A DNA stretch of 44,124 bases, the filler included, from Sphacelaria rigidula (lineage: Eukaryota), in the NCBI GenBank assembly GCA_964200075.2. It is 2 parts of 2 records of this genome, joined end to end, with 100 filler letters (N's around TTAATTAATTAA, not from the genome) between each part and the next. Parts side by side here need not be neighbours in the genome. Positions count along the whole stretch, not along the records: positions 1 to 22,022 come from CAXNAA020000365.1; 1 more part is not named here. One strand, given 5' to 3'. The translations under genes and the position numbers were made by a program. The notes beneath the pieces are model-generated. The model searched no databases. It was not told the DNA's origin and saw only the letters and a program-made list of their open reading frames with translations. Shown here one piece after another: positions 1 to 11,763 of this stretch. How positions within the stretch are numbered: position 1 is the stretch's first letter; every line of letters starts with the position of its first letter.

Positions 1-138
1 TGCATCCTGCTTAGATTGTTCGGCCCGAAGCCTGCGGATTATCTTGCATTTCGATGACGGCCAACGATGAGTTGCTTTATTCTGTGGTATCGTCACTTCC
101 AGAGACAGTCATGGCTTATATTGTACACTGCCTCATGG
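1..138 (-). mobile_element. SINE-like dispersed repeat family A, partial copy
   Basis: Reverse complement of the central part of the copies at 33193-33692 and 35041-35582. Confidence 0.8.
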
Positions 139-199
139 GTATGGGGTGGAAAGGTGGTGAGAGGGAAGATATTGCATCCATACGACGTCTTGGGATAAT

Positions 200-1990
200 T
201 TCCGTCTGGTGCGAAAACGCCCCATGTTATCTCCGGTAGTGGTCGACGGTCGGATGCAAGAGTGGTCACACTGTTAACGAACGTGTGACCCATGAGATTT
301 TCCCTCACCTCCCCAAAGGTGTATGGAGGGCGAGAAGTGCACTAGTCATGGAAAAGTTTGGAAGCGAACGCAAAAAAGGATCGATGCCGTTGTACCGAGG
401 AATTGTCGTTTTGTGCAGAAGCGGGAGAATTTCCAGGCAAGGTTTGGTCGGTTGAAATGACGGGGGGTATTCCAGAACACTGCTGTTTGAAACGGAGGCA
501 TGGCTGATGACTTACCTCAGGCCCGTTTCATGTCAGAGCGACAAGCAGACATCAGCTCATAGGGCAGGGGCAAGCGTTTCTGACAGTTGGTACACACGGA
601 AGGAGATAGTAAGATCGGGTGAATATTCAAGTCAAAGTCTGGCGAGTAAACGGAAGCAGGTGTGGTGCGGTTACCAAGCCGCTGAATCGTGGTTGTCGCG
701 AGAAGATAATTCCCTGTTTTTCTGTCGTTAAATTCCCTGTCCTCCGACAAGTGGTGGGTATATGGGGTGGGTGTCATTATATGTCGAATTTCTGAGGGAT
801 TATTTCCCGTCCTTTACACCAAGTAGTGGCAGGTCAGGGTGGAGGTGTTATTCTGTTCATGTTGCGTTTCGAGGCGCAAAGCGTTGATGTCAAGGTTTAT
901 CGTCCCGCGAATCGGCTTCTTCTCACGGGGGCGTTTACCGATGGCTGTTTTTTTTCGAAGAGGAAGTTGTTTTCAAGACACCTTTCCTGACCACCCACCC
1001 ACTGGGGCCTTCGACGTTGGAAGTGGCACGGGAGAGATCGTTTCATGACAAAAATTGGCAGGCGATATATCATTCCGAAGCCAGCCTTCCCCGCGGGGTT
1101 TACATACCCCCTCGGTAGGCTGCTGGTATGGTTCCTGCGGTTGCCACTGCTACTGCGGTGTTTTAATGACAGCGTGTATCAGCGCATGGATGTGTCATCC
1201 CCACCCTCCGATCACGGTAGTAGCATGTGGAGCGGGGTATCGTACGACCATGTTCATTTGTTTAGAGGCGCATAGCGCTACTGCCGAGGATTCCCTCCTG
1301 GGAAGCAGGTTTTCCTCACAGAGATTTTAACCCAGGACGGGGTTTTTCCGAGGCAGCATCAGTAACCGTGCATTTCCGCCTTTTGAACTCCTTTCGAACA
1401 TCTCATAACCAACGCCCGAGCGACTGAGGAAGTCGGGCGGGGGGGGTCGTTCATGGCAGGATTTTTAACAGGGTGGTGTGCTGCCTGCATCCCTTGCAGT
1501 GTGTGTATACACATCTCCGTCCCGGCAAAAATGGACAGGGGAGCACGTGATCATGCGGGAACCTCATCCGATTTTTATGGGTGTCATGCGTGTCGTTCGC
1601 ACCATGCTGTGGGGGGAGAGGCATGAAGTGGGCTGACGGTACTCTGAGTTACCGCTGTTCTTTGGAGTTCCCGTAAACAGGACTTTAGCTGAAGCGGCAT
1701 GCGTACACTACAAAAGTAAGTGTGTGTGCCAGATGCTCGAGAGAGTATGATGCCATGAGCTTTGAGGCTGGGGCAAATGCGCTCAGCGCAAGCTACAGGT
1801 GCTACTCGACGGTCGGATGCGCCAGGTTACACTGTTTTTGAAAGAGTGATCCACGAGGCTCTTCATTTCCTTGGCCCAAAGTGTATAAGGGGCAGGAAGT
1901 GGACCACGAATGGCAAAATGTGACAATGACTGAAAAATTGCGTCCATGCCGATCCTCAAGACAAGGTTTCGAGCCCTCACTTGGATCACC
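200..1990 (-). pseudogene. Highly decayed LINE-like (possibly APE endonuclease) coding relics; two diverged overlapping-homology fragments
   Basis: ~227-395 and ~1795-1960 are homologous. Broken minus-strand frames give GTINLDINAL, LLGVKDGK and IGMDA...GP..PYTLG..N, reminiscent of APE motifs. Confidence 0.3.
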
Positions 1991-3039
1991 ACTCCATCAG
2001 CGGGCCACTATACTGCACTGTTGTAGTATACGGCACCACAACTGTAATATAGTAGCTGTACTGGAATATTTCACTTTGGTTTGGGGCATATTCGAATGTT
2101 GGTGATGCGGAGAGATTTCGGACCGCCTGTCGAGACACCGCACGATAAATCCGGAGCGTGAAACAGGATATGGCCTGAAGGGGAACGAACAAAGCCAGCG
2201 ACCATGGCACTGAGGGACGTATCCATCATCAAGTGGTGGTGATGGGACATACATTTTTTTCACAACTTCTGAACGAACGATGCTTTCAGATGGCAAACAC
2301 GAAGTGCACTCAGACCGACCGTTGACCCGCTGGTTGCTGCACCGCTCCCGAGATACTGTTGGACTGGGTACTCGTACAACTCGTACCACAGCACGGTCTG
2401 CACGCCGCAGATCTACGTTGCAATTTCATGCGCAAAACGCACCTCATCGGACTATGCACTTAGATGTTCCGGCGCCCTGCCCTGCCACAGCTCGCGACAG
2501 GACCCTCCCTCAGGTTTGGTGCAAGTATCACTTGAATCATATGTTGGTACGGTCATCACCGGTCCATTTTCGAAACGTCTCCGTTCCCGTCCGCGAAGCA
2601 AAATCATCACATTCTTCTTCTGTCAACAATATCAAACATCAACAAGGTAAACTTAGACTATACGGGGAACATAAACAGAGTGAAATCCAAGCCTCCAGTG
2701 GGTATAGTCATTCAACGCTTTAGATTGCCCCCAGTTGCCCCTAATGACGAAAGCGAAATGGTCACGCGACCAATGCTTACAATAATGGGTATGACCAGCA
2801 CACGATTTAGGCGAATAGTACAGATGAAAAAAGACACATACTGTCATGAGCAGCAACGACATGTAATGGCGGTGTAGCACCGCACGACGCCACTGTATTG
2901 CACTGCACAACTGTGGCGCGCAAGGCCAAACCGTCGCGAACATCAGCAGGGATAACGGTGCTGTGATTCTACAGTGAGCTGGAGCAATAAGTGAAGCTGG
3001 TTTTGCCGTTGGTTTTGGGCGGGAGAGACTCGAAAGAGC

Positions 3040-3159
3040 ATGGGCGAAAGCATAGTCCTTCAGCGGAAGAGCGTCAAGGTTGCAGTGTCTCTGGCCCAGG
3101 TTGGGTCGTTCAAAGCCTTGGAGAAACATGTCCGAGATATCTTCAAGCTGGAGGATGAG
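3040..3159 (+). CDS. SMCHD1: SMCHD1-like protein, exon 1 (N-terminal ubiquitin-like domain)
   Basis: ATG at 3040 reads MGESIVLQRKSVKVAVSLAQVGSFKALEKHVRDIFKLEDE, then donor GAG|GTGAGG (phase 0). It joins in frame to 17393. The join ...DIFKLEDE|ATFVVTDFDREI resembles the SMCHD1 UBL segment recalled as LGISPEEKFVITTTSRKEI. Confidence 0.65.
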
Positions 3160-3988
3160 GTGAGGCTGGTTGCACCGCTTATATCGCGATGAGAGTGTGC
3201 GAGAACGAGACTAGAAACTTTGTGCAGTACTCAAGTGATGGCTTTGTTTCATGGCCGACGACAACGATGTCCAAATGCCATAAAACGTGGGAAAATCGCC
3301 ATCTTTCTCGCGTATTATAGCTTCCATCTATGATATGAGTCGGGTTTTGTATGCTTCCTCTAGTCGCTCCTGGTCCTACAAACAATGCCTGCGACCGTCA
3401 CTCATCTTCACGGCTCACAACTACTGCAGTCAGTGCGATACAGAGTTCCTGTCCCAATAGATTGTCAGAGTGCGCCGTACGGGATGCAGTTCTATCTTCA
3501 TGTATACACGTAGCTGCACAACAAGCGGCGAGTATGGTCGGGAAAAAGAGACGCACACTCCTGCCCCTTCGTCCAACAACATGATTTTCAAATTCGAGAG
3601 TGTCTCTCTCTCAGAGAGCGAGCGGTATGCTTATCCGTACACAGGTATACTGACTGTTGCAGAGGAAATCGCATCAATGATGCACGGTATTTCATGGCGC
3701 GAAAGATACATCGCGTACAGTATCAAGCGACCACGATGCCGTATTCCTCGGCGCGTGATCTACTATGTTTATAATCTTCGAGTGCTTCGTAGCAGGGTGT
3801 GCGCATTGGCCGCCACACGAAGGTCTGAAGGTCTGTTGGCGGTTAATCGGCCATTTCCCCACCACTCTTCATGTCAGGTCCGGTTCAGCGTATGATGTTT
3901 TTGAAAAATATTGACCATTTGACCTCCGGAGATCCATTCGTTGAATTGGCACTCTCTCACGTTCCTTTTCGAGTGAAAATGATGCCGA

Positions 3989-4203
3989 TTAACCCTTTGA
4001 CCACGAGGGTCGGTCGCCTCCGAAATCGGCATCAACTTCACTCGGAAAAGTATTTGTGACTCGGATGGACTACCCGTGTCGCGGCATAAGGGTTAACCCT
4101 TTGAACGCGAGGATAGGTCACCTGCTGAATCGTCAAAAATTTTCACTCGAAAAACGTATGCGTGATCTAGATAGGGTTACTGGCACTGCGGTCTAAGAGT
4201 AAA
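3989..4203. mobile_element. Two tandem ~105-bp piggyBac-like mini-elements sharing a TTAA
   Basis: TTAA-CCCTTTGACC...GCATAAGGG-TTAA-CCCTTTGAAC...GTCTAAGAG-TAAA, with homologous interiors. Confidence 0.55.
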
Positions 4204-4341
4204 AAAAAGACAGCCGTCACGAGGGATCGAAAATGACTGCGCGTTCGTGTCTGTGGAATAGCAAGGGTCGTATAAGAAAATCGCCCTGGACCCCGAGACA
4301 ATCGTTTCATTTTCGTCGCTGCAGGGGCGGTGGGGGGGGGG

Positions 4342-4530
4342 GTCCTCATTTGTTGCTTGCCTCAGTCTTTTGACCATTGACCACGCACCCCTTTCGAGAC
4401 GGAGCAAGGAGTGGGGGGGAGGGGAGGGAGGGGGGGGTACTCATTTTGCATCCCATAGTATGGCCATTGACCTCGTATCACTACAAAGCCGGGACGGAGC
4501 ACGCCCGATTTTTCGCCGAACTAGGCTCGT
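4342..4530 (-). mobile_element. LINE 3'-tail fragment (4342-4407) plus 3' part of repeat family A (4436-4530)
   Basis: Reverse complement matches to 21775-21840 and 17830-17922. Both end in G-runs on the plus strand. Confidence 0.75.
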
Positions 4531-4545
4531 CATCAGGGCGTATCT

Positions 4546-6058
4546 TACAGGCTGGTTCACACTTATCACCCGAAATTGTGTCACCAGCACATGCCTTTCG
4601 CAATATCTACCCAATAGTCGCAAGCATTATATCATACTGACCGCCATGAACAGCTGAAGAGCGTGACATGGCCGGATTTGTGTGTAGGGCCATAGTGGTA
4701 GCGCCGAGGGCTAACAGGTGTATCGATCAATCAGCGCCCGTCAAACTGTTCCGAGATCGAAATTACGAATTCCAAGCCCAATTTTCGCCCAATCTCCACA
4801 TGCTATAAATCGTAGTAATCGTCATCGGCTCGGCAATCTGACGAAAAAGAAAATCTTATAACGGTTTCTATGGGGGTCGATTCACACCCGAAACTGTGAT
4901 GTTTCGGTGATTTCGGCTGTTGGCGTCGTCTAATTTCCACGAATGATACGCACGAAAAACCGAGGGAGCTTCGTGACAGTGTTCCCTATATCTGTTGTAG
5001 CAAAGCTCAGATCGCCCTCAAACTTGTCAGTTCCGTAGGTATTGATGCTCCAAATGCAAAAAAAAAAATGTATTCTTGACTATAATTCATGGTTTCTCCG
5101 TTCTCTGCCGGCCCGGGGATCCCAGTATGAAGACCCCCGGAAGGCGATACATAATGCCCTAGAAGAAAAATAATGAAATGATGCGTCCCGGGATAGTCCA
5201 AGAAACACATGTACAAAGTTTGGTGGAGGAGCTCGAAAACCTCATACAGTTTTTCTTGCCTTGGCGTGAAATTCACCCCAAAAGCCGTCTCCATACTAAA
5301 ACTAAACCCACGTCCTCCACAAACGCGCAAACCTTCACGCCGTTATTAGGAGTTAGATCCTTTAACTTTGCACAAATATGCTATGTATCATTACGCAACC
5401 TTCTATGGACGATGCTTTTTCACTTTTTGAGTTCTTCACCGTTTTTCGGGGATCCAACGGGATCCAAGTCGTTCTTCGAAGTAGTCTCCATTCTGGGACC
5501 CCGGAAAACCGGCACGACGATATTTTTTTCATTTTTCCGTGAACAATCTGTCGCCGCATAACCCAAGGAAGGGCCCCACAAAATTCGTCGCAAAAATCGA
5601 TTAAATGATGCTTGAATTTTTATGTTCACGTGAAGGAAGGCCCAAAAACGCCGTTTTGGTACTGTAATCAAGTAGTTTGCGGTTTCACCGCGGCACGTCA
5701 AAGTTCACTTCACAGTGTAAGAGAAAAATACCTCACGCCGTTTGAAGTTTTAAGGAGTGCGACCCTGAAATGTTGCACACCTGTGCTATGGGTGATTTTG
5801 CAACTACGAAAGAATGCTTTTTTAAAATATTTTTTTCTTCACCGTTTTCGGGGGTTCGATTGAATCGATGTTTCCCGCAAAAAACTGGGACCCCGGAAAA
5901 ACGGTGGAAAATGTCAAAAAGCCGAGAAATCTCCACCTTCGAAAGGTGTGTAATGCCCCATAGAATATCTGTGCAAAATTTCAGGGTTTAACTCCTCAAA
6001 ACGGCGTGAGGTTCTGCCGATAAATGTTTTTTGGGTGATGGACGTGAACCAGTCTGTA
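4546..6058. mobile_element. Non-autonomous TA-flanked TIR element (Tc1/mariner-type ends) with internal foldback
   Basis: Left TA-CAGGCTGGTTCACACTTATCACCC versus right (rc) TA-CAGACTGGTTCACGTCCATCACCC. Internal inverted arms at ~5731-6012. Related copy at ~34545-34873. Confidence 0.6.
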
Positions 6059-6927
6059 GCATATTTTTTTGGACCGAAGAAGTGCGGTCGGAGTTTCTTT
6101 TACCGATCTGATAGGTCCACCGCATTTCTGTTCCTAGGAGGCTTAAACTAAATTTTTTAATTAGTGTCGCGCGGAGAAAACTATCAGCGCCTAGTACGAA
6201 TATTTCCGATCGAAAACATGCGGTCGAAAGGCACGAAGCGGCACTTGACTCCTATCTTGCAAGACCACCACGCCTGATAACACCCATTTACAAAACTGTG
6301 CAAACTCTATCCAACTCATTCTCAGCTACCACCGCAACCCTGCAGTAGAGAGCACGAGTTGAGCACAGGGATAAATACATTGCAGTAGTTGGGTATGTTT
6401 GTTTGTTTAGCATGGAGCACGAGTTGAGCACAGGGATAACTGCATTGCAGTAGTTGGGTATGCTTCGTTCATTTTTGTGGGCGAAAGCTTGCCCATCTTC
6501 TTTCATGGTGGGTATCAGCGACGGAATTGCGTGGTAGGGTGGGCAACTGGCTTACGTACACGGTCATGGACAGTGCAGGCAGTACAAAGCTGCACGTTGT
6601 CCAAGCCCTTCTCACGTCGCATTGTAGTCAGAGAGAACAGATAGTCCTGCGCTGTCTGAACCGCACGTTGCTCGCTCCTCCTTCACGCATCCTACTGCTC
6701 GAAACACGCACGCACTCACTCGGACACACTGCATGCAAACAGGGTAGACAGTACAGGCACAGACTGTTCATACTGTACACGAGGGACCAAGTACCGTTTC
6801 ACGACTTTCACTGCCTTTTCGATCGAAAACTTGAAAATTCTCGTGGACCCAACTCGACAAAAATGAGCGACTTTCGCTGATCTCAATTCCTCCGCCCCAG
6901 TTTTTTCGATCGAAAAAATATGTGCTA
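6057..6927. mobile_element. Degenerate TIR element containing a ~65-bp tandem duplication (6350-6462)
   Basis: Left TAGCATATTTTTTTTGGACCGAAGAA versus right (rc) TAGCACATATTTTTTCGATCGAAAAA. Repeated CGATCGAAAA subterminal motifs. Confidence 0.5.
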
Positions 6928-6935
6928 AGGAACGC

Positions 6936-7362
6936 TCTCAATCACCAAGCGCGAAGCGCCGTGGTGTGTTCAGCGAGTCGCATGAACGGTGAGCCGCATC
7001 CTGATGAGATTGTTCCGCCCGAAGCGTGCTGATTATCTTGCATTTGAATTACATCCTCAAATGAGTTGCTTCATTCTCTGGTAAGGCCACTTCAAGAGAC
7101 AGCGACGGCTCATACACGGCCTCATGGGTGTCTCACCATTTAAAGACTACGTAGTACGATCATCTCTGCGCGGAGTTGAGGTTCTCCCACCTCGCACAAA
7201 ATGATCTAGCTCGACTACCATCATGGTTAGCGCAAAAAAACGCAAGCGCGCCAAAAAATCGGTGACCTGCTTCCGTAGTGAGTGACGTGTTTTACAGAGT
7301 CATCGCCAACCGACGCCAACCCCCTAGGGGGTCCGCCCCTACAAAGCCGGGACGAAGCACTG
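6936..7362 (-). mobile_element. SINE-like repeat family A copy
   Basis: Colinear reverse complement of 35080-35480. Confidence 0.85.
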
Positions 7363-8877
7363 GAGGGGGGGGATGGGTATGCTACAGTGCTGGGCGCCTG
7401 AACTATGAGCCCTTTCGGGACTGAAGCTCAGTAACAAGGGGTTCACCATGTATTGGTGAAATAATAATGGACAAGTCTGGGAGTGACCTGCCCAATCAGG
7501 GCGAGGCGAAATTTATCGACCACAACCGAACGGCCAGTGGGGGGGGCTGTCACCGGGAGTGATGTTACTGCCAAGTTGGTATGTGTACCCTGTCCCTGGC
7601 CCGCAAAAAGCCTTCGAAGCAAGAAAAAGCCCAAGTAGTCGGGGCTCGGTTTCCCGTTTTTTTTCATCATTTACGTGCATTTTATATAGGTCCGACCTCC
7701 ACTGCCCCGATTTTTTGGGGGGTCACCATTCCATAGTAAAACCTAATTGATTACACTAACACGTCGTACTCGGGGGAAATTCGAGAATAGACGTAACCTA
7801 CTATATATGTTGTCATGTTTACAAGGCGACTGAATCCAGCAACACGCTGTGGGATGAGAGATGAAGCGAAAAGGCTTGGATTCTGTGTATCCCTCTGTCG
7901 AAGCGGTGCAAGCGGCGGTGAGGTCGTATGTCATCGACGGGAACGAGCAAGCTGTGTACAGGCAGCTGATCTCCGTCGCGGAGAACTGCCCTGAACATGT
8001 AAGGGAGTAAGAGTATGCAGCGGCAGCTGCTGCTGCATTCGAAGAGGCGTACTGTACTTTATCTGCTGCGCAACGCCCGTGCCGTTCGCAGAGAAAGTTT
8101 CCCGATCGCCACAAGGAGGGAAATTGCGGCCCACCCCGACCACAAAGGGCTGTGTGGCAAGGTGATGGAGACAATATCCAAGGCCACAAGTGGCGGACGG
8201 CGGTTGCCACATCCTGTTGAAATCTTTCCTCGGCGACTCATACTGCTTGAAACATCTGTACATTACCTGATGTGCACAACACCCGAATTATAATTGATTG
8301 GATGTAACTTTTGGTGTTCCTCTAACCCTGTGGTTACATAAATACGTGGATATTTAGCAACATGAATCCACAGTTTCATGCATATGTAGGACACGTCATT
8401 CCCGATCAGCCTCAATGGTCGTTCTGGAGGCCCCGTCTCAAAAATGTTGAGTGATTTACGGGCTGATCAGTCATCGGGGGCGTTGTCACGTTTCAGCCCA
8501 GATTCTGTCTCTTCGGTTTTTCGGTCGATCGAGCCTGTCCCGATCGTATTTATGAAGAAATTTACAGGATTTGTTTTTCAATATTTTGCGTACGCATTGC
8601 ACTAGAGCCGAGTTACTGTATTTCACGGTCAATAACACTCTCCTGATAAACAGGGTATCTATCGTATGGTCCGGTTACACCATGAAACACCAACTTGGGC
8701 TCAGGCGGGGCAAGATGATCTGTTTATTTTACAAAAATCTACCGACGCTGGCACTTTCGAGTTCTATCGAAGAGTAGTCGCGAGAGAAAACCCTTCTACA
8801 CCATTCGACAGTTTAGGCGCCCAGTACTGTAAATTCTTTTGTAAAGCTAGTTCTTCACTAATTCCTACACGAAACAT

Positions 8878-9228
8878 TCACTTGATATTCAAGTGGTGGA
8901 GGCAAGTTTCTTGAACTGAGTATAGATGAAACTCGTCCCTTGATTTTGGACCAGCTGAGGCAGGTTACTTGATTGAAGTGTAGGTCAACCGCATCACTTG
9001 ATTTGGACTAATCGAGGTAAGTTACTTGACCTCAGTATAGGTCATCCGCATCACTTGGTTTTAGACTATCTGAGGCAAGTGACTGAACTGAATGTAGGTA
9101 AACCATGTCACTTGATATTAGCCTAGGTGAGGAAGCTACGTGAACTGGGTATAGGTCGATTCAATCAGTTGACATCAGACAAGCTGAGCAATTTACTTGA
9201 AATGAGTATGGTTGAACCACATCACTCC
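8878..9228. repeat. Degenerate tandem array, ~57-58 bp period, about 6 units
   Basis: Recurrent CACTTGA...GAGGCAAGTTACTTGA...GTATAGGTCA at ~8879, 8938, 8995, 9052, 9109 and 9166. Confidence 0.75.
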
Positions 9229-9440
9229 ACGGAGTTGAATTCCTGTCAGGTGTACTTTCCGGAGCCAGTTTGTTAGGATAGTTGACGCCCAGAGTCCGGA
9301 CGAAACGAGAGATAGTTTTTGTGTTTGATGTTTCAAAATGATGTTTGATATTGATGACACTGGGTTGTTGGGTCGATTCCATCGAGCCGAATAGAAATTC
9401 TGCCTTCGAGGTCTTATGCACGGTCGGATCGGATAGGTTA

Positions 9441-9637
9441 TAGTATGTACCTCTGAGTTCGGCGGTAATATGTACTATAATACGTCGTACATGATACCCA
9501 GATGTTTACTCAATCCTAGTTTGCTCAAACTGGTTATAGGGTGTAGTATGTACCTCTGAGTACCTCGGTAACATATACTATAAGACGTCATACATGATGA
9601 CCAGATGTTTACTCCATCCAAGGTTGCTTAAACTGGG
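9441..9637. repeat. Tandem duplication of ~103 bp
   Basis: TAGTATGTACCTCTGAGT...CCAGATGTTTACTC...AAACTGG occurs twice. Confidence 0.8.
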
Positions 9638-9763
9638 CAAGACCTTGCTTCAGGCTGGGCCGCCGAAGAAACGGACTTTCCTTCAGCCCGTTCTAAATGA
9701 CGGTATATAGTGAGTTATGCTTACTATGACACATCGTGGTGGTCTGCGAATCGGCGCGCGTCT

Positions 9764-11259
9764 TTAACCCTTTTTGAAGCCACCCCTCCTGTCCCCTGGC
9801 CAAACGCCTTATTATGAGAAGCCCTGACGAAGAGGAAAACATGGAAACAGAATATGCCGACGGCAACCATTTTTATAATGGAAGCCCGAAGAAGAATGTC
9901 CTCCCTGGAGAATTTGGGTAAGGTCTCTCCAATCATACCACGCAACGGATGAAGTATGTCCAATTATATCCATCGACAATAACTAGCAAAACCACTATGA
10001 AACATTCCATTAAAAAAATAGCAATGGGCCCCAGGGTCCAACCTGGCACGTATATTAGCATTTGTACATGAGGGAAGCACCGCTTTGACGGGCTGCAGCA
10101 TCGGATGGCGAGTTTGCCAAGCCACACCGTACATACAGCATAGTGTGGCTAAACCCGGCGAAATCCCGTCACCACATGTGGAAGGCACAGTGGGTTGTTC
10201 GGGTGGTACATGGCGGGCGTAATCGCAGGCGTCCGAACAAGCGGTATATATGTACACGGGAGGGAGCCAACGGACACCGCCTACCGCAATCAGGCCAGAT
10301 GAAGAACACTGCAGTCAGTAAATACAGTAGGTTACAGTATTGACTTGCGGCTAGACTCCGTGCAAGATAAATATGGGCATGTCGTGAAAAGTCGGCCATG
10401 AGAGTAGACGGCACGAGACGATAGCGGTAGCCGGCGTCATGAATCTCATGCAGCACGAAGTATGTCTGTGCAACGGCCGGGAACGATCAACCCGCGGTAT
10501 AGATGTGGTGGGGCAACTGTGCTTTTCGCTACGCCGTCGTGTAATAGTCAGCCCGAAGTATGATGTTGTCGGCACGTACTTGGTAGAGCGCAGTTCCGTG
10601 CATGCCCCGCGTTTTACAGAGATATTTCCAAAATACAATACAGACATGACACGAAGCAGTAAGGTATGACCCCTGGGGCGACGGCACGTGGCAGACTCTA
10701 CACCACAGTGACGGTGCATGACTGCAGGGCACATGGCGTCTGCGTCGCCTTTACCCATTTTTCAAAGGGCGGGATGGTGCTGTCGGAACGTGCATGAGCG
10801 CGAGATGACCCCAAACTGCTGTGAACACACCCAGTACTGTACAGGGTAGTGTCGCAGCACCCCCGGCGGCACGGAAAGGTGACTGCCTGGGATTGTATTA
10901 CACCGCCAGTTCATAAATTTAGCGAATGTGCCATCGGCGTTGCCCTTGTTGCTATGACACTGCCAAGAGTATAAACCGCAGTGGGCAGGGCGTGCAGGTC
11001 AAGCGGGAAGCATGCTTCACAGAGGCCTGCCGCGCACTGTGGCCGGGGCAGGAACTCATGAGAGTAGAAAAAAACGCCGACGGGTCGCAGCAAGAAAATA
11101 GGAAGCCTTCTCTTGTTCCACTTGTCACTCGTACTGGTCTGAAAAATACGCGTTTGGCCAAAATTGTTGCGTCTAAGCTGTGAACCAGCAACCATATCTT
11201 GCTCAAAAACCGTCAATTGCAAATGATCAATTTTCCATTGTGAGTTCCAAAAGGGTTAA
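9764..11259. mobile_element. Non-autonomous piggyBac-like element
   Basis: TTAA-CCCTTTTTGAAGCCAC on the left and (rc) TTAA-CCCTTTTGGAACTCAC on the right. No transposase ORF recognised. Confidence 0.55.
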
Positions 11260-11763
11260 TGTACGTAGCACCGCGATTCCACGAGTTCCCATCAAACGAA
11301 ATACCAAAGTGTAGGCAGCTGCGAAGTGTAGAGAGTTGATGGTGATATGTGCAACGGAATTAGGGCAAAAAAACGACTGAAATCGTATTTTCGGTTACAG
11401 TCGGTTGTGCCACGGCCGCAAAGTGGTGGTGCTTCACAAGTTATGATTGTACAACAACGCATGTCGTACTGCCGGCGTGCAGTGTTTGAGATGGCACGCA
11501 GACGAGGCCTCCAGCGCGCCCAGGTGTCTGGTAGTGTTGTGCAAATCGGTAAGCAGTGGGTGAAATAAGCTTGTAGAGAATGAGAGTCAAAGTTCAGGCT
11601 GAGGTTGTTGGACTCTAAAAGCAAGTCAATCGGTTCTCAACAGGAAATCGCGGTTGCGCTGCTCAATTTTGAGTCGTTCATTTTGATATTTTGACACGAT
11701 GTGCATACGGTATGTGCAAAACCCCTGTTATCCCTTCACCTTTTGCTTTTTTTCCTTGAGTTG

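Noticed and set aside
7290-7330. Helitron-like 3' end (hairpin followed by CTAG) in repeat family A
   Set aside because: CTAG is not conserved in other copies (ATAG, TCAG, CTTG), and the shared LINE tail and 5' truncations fit a SINE better.
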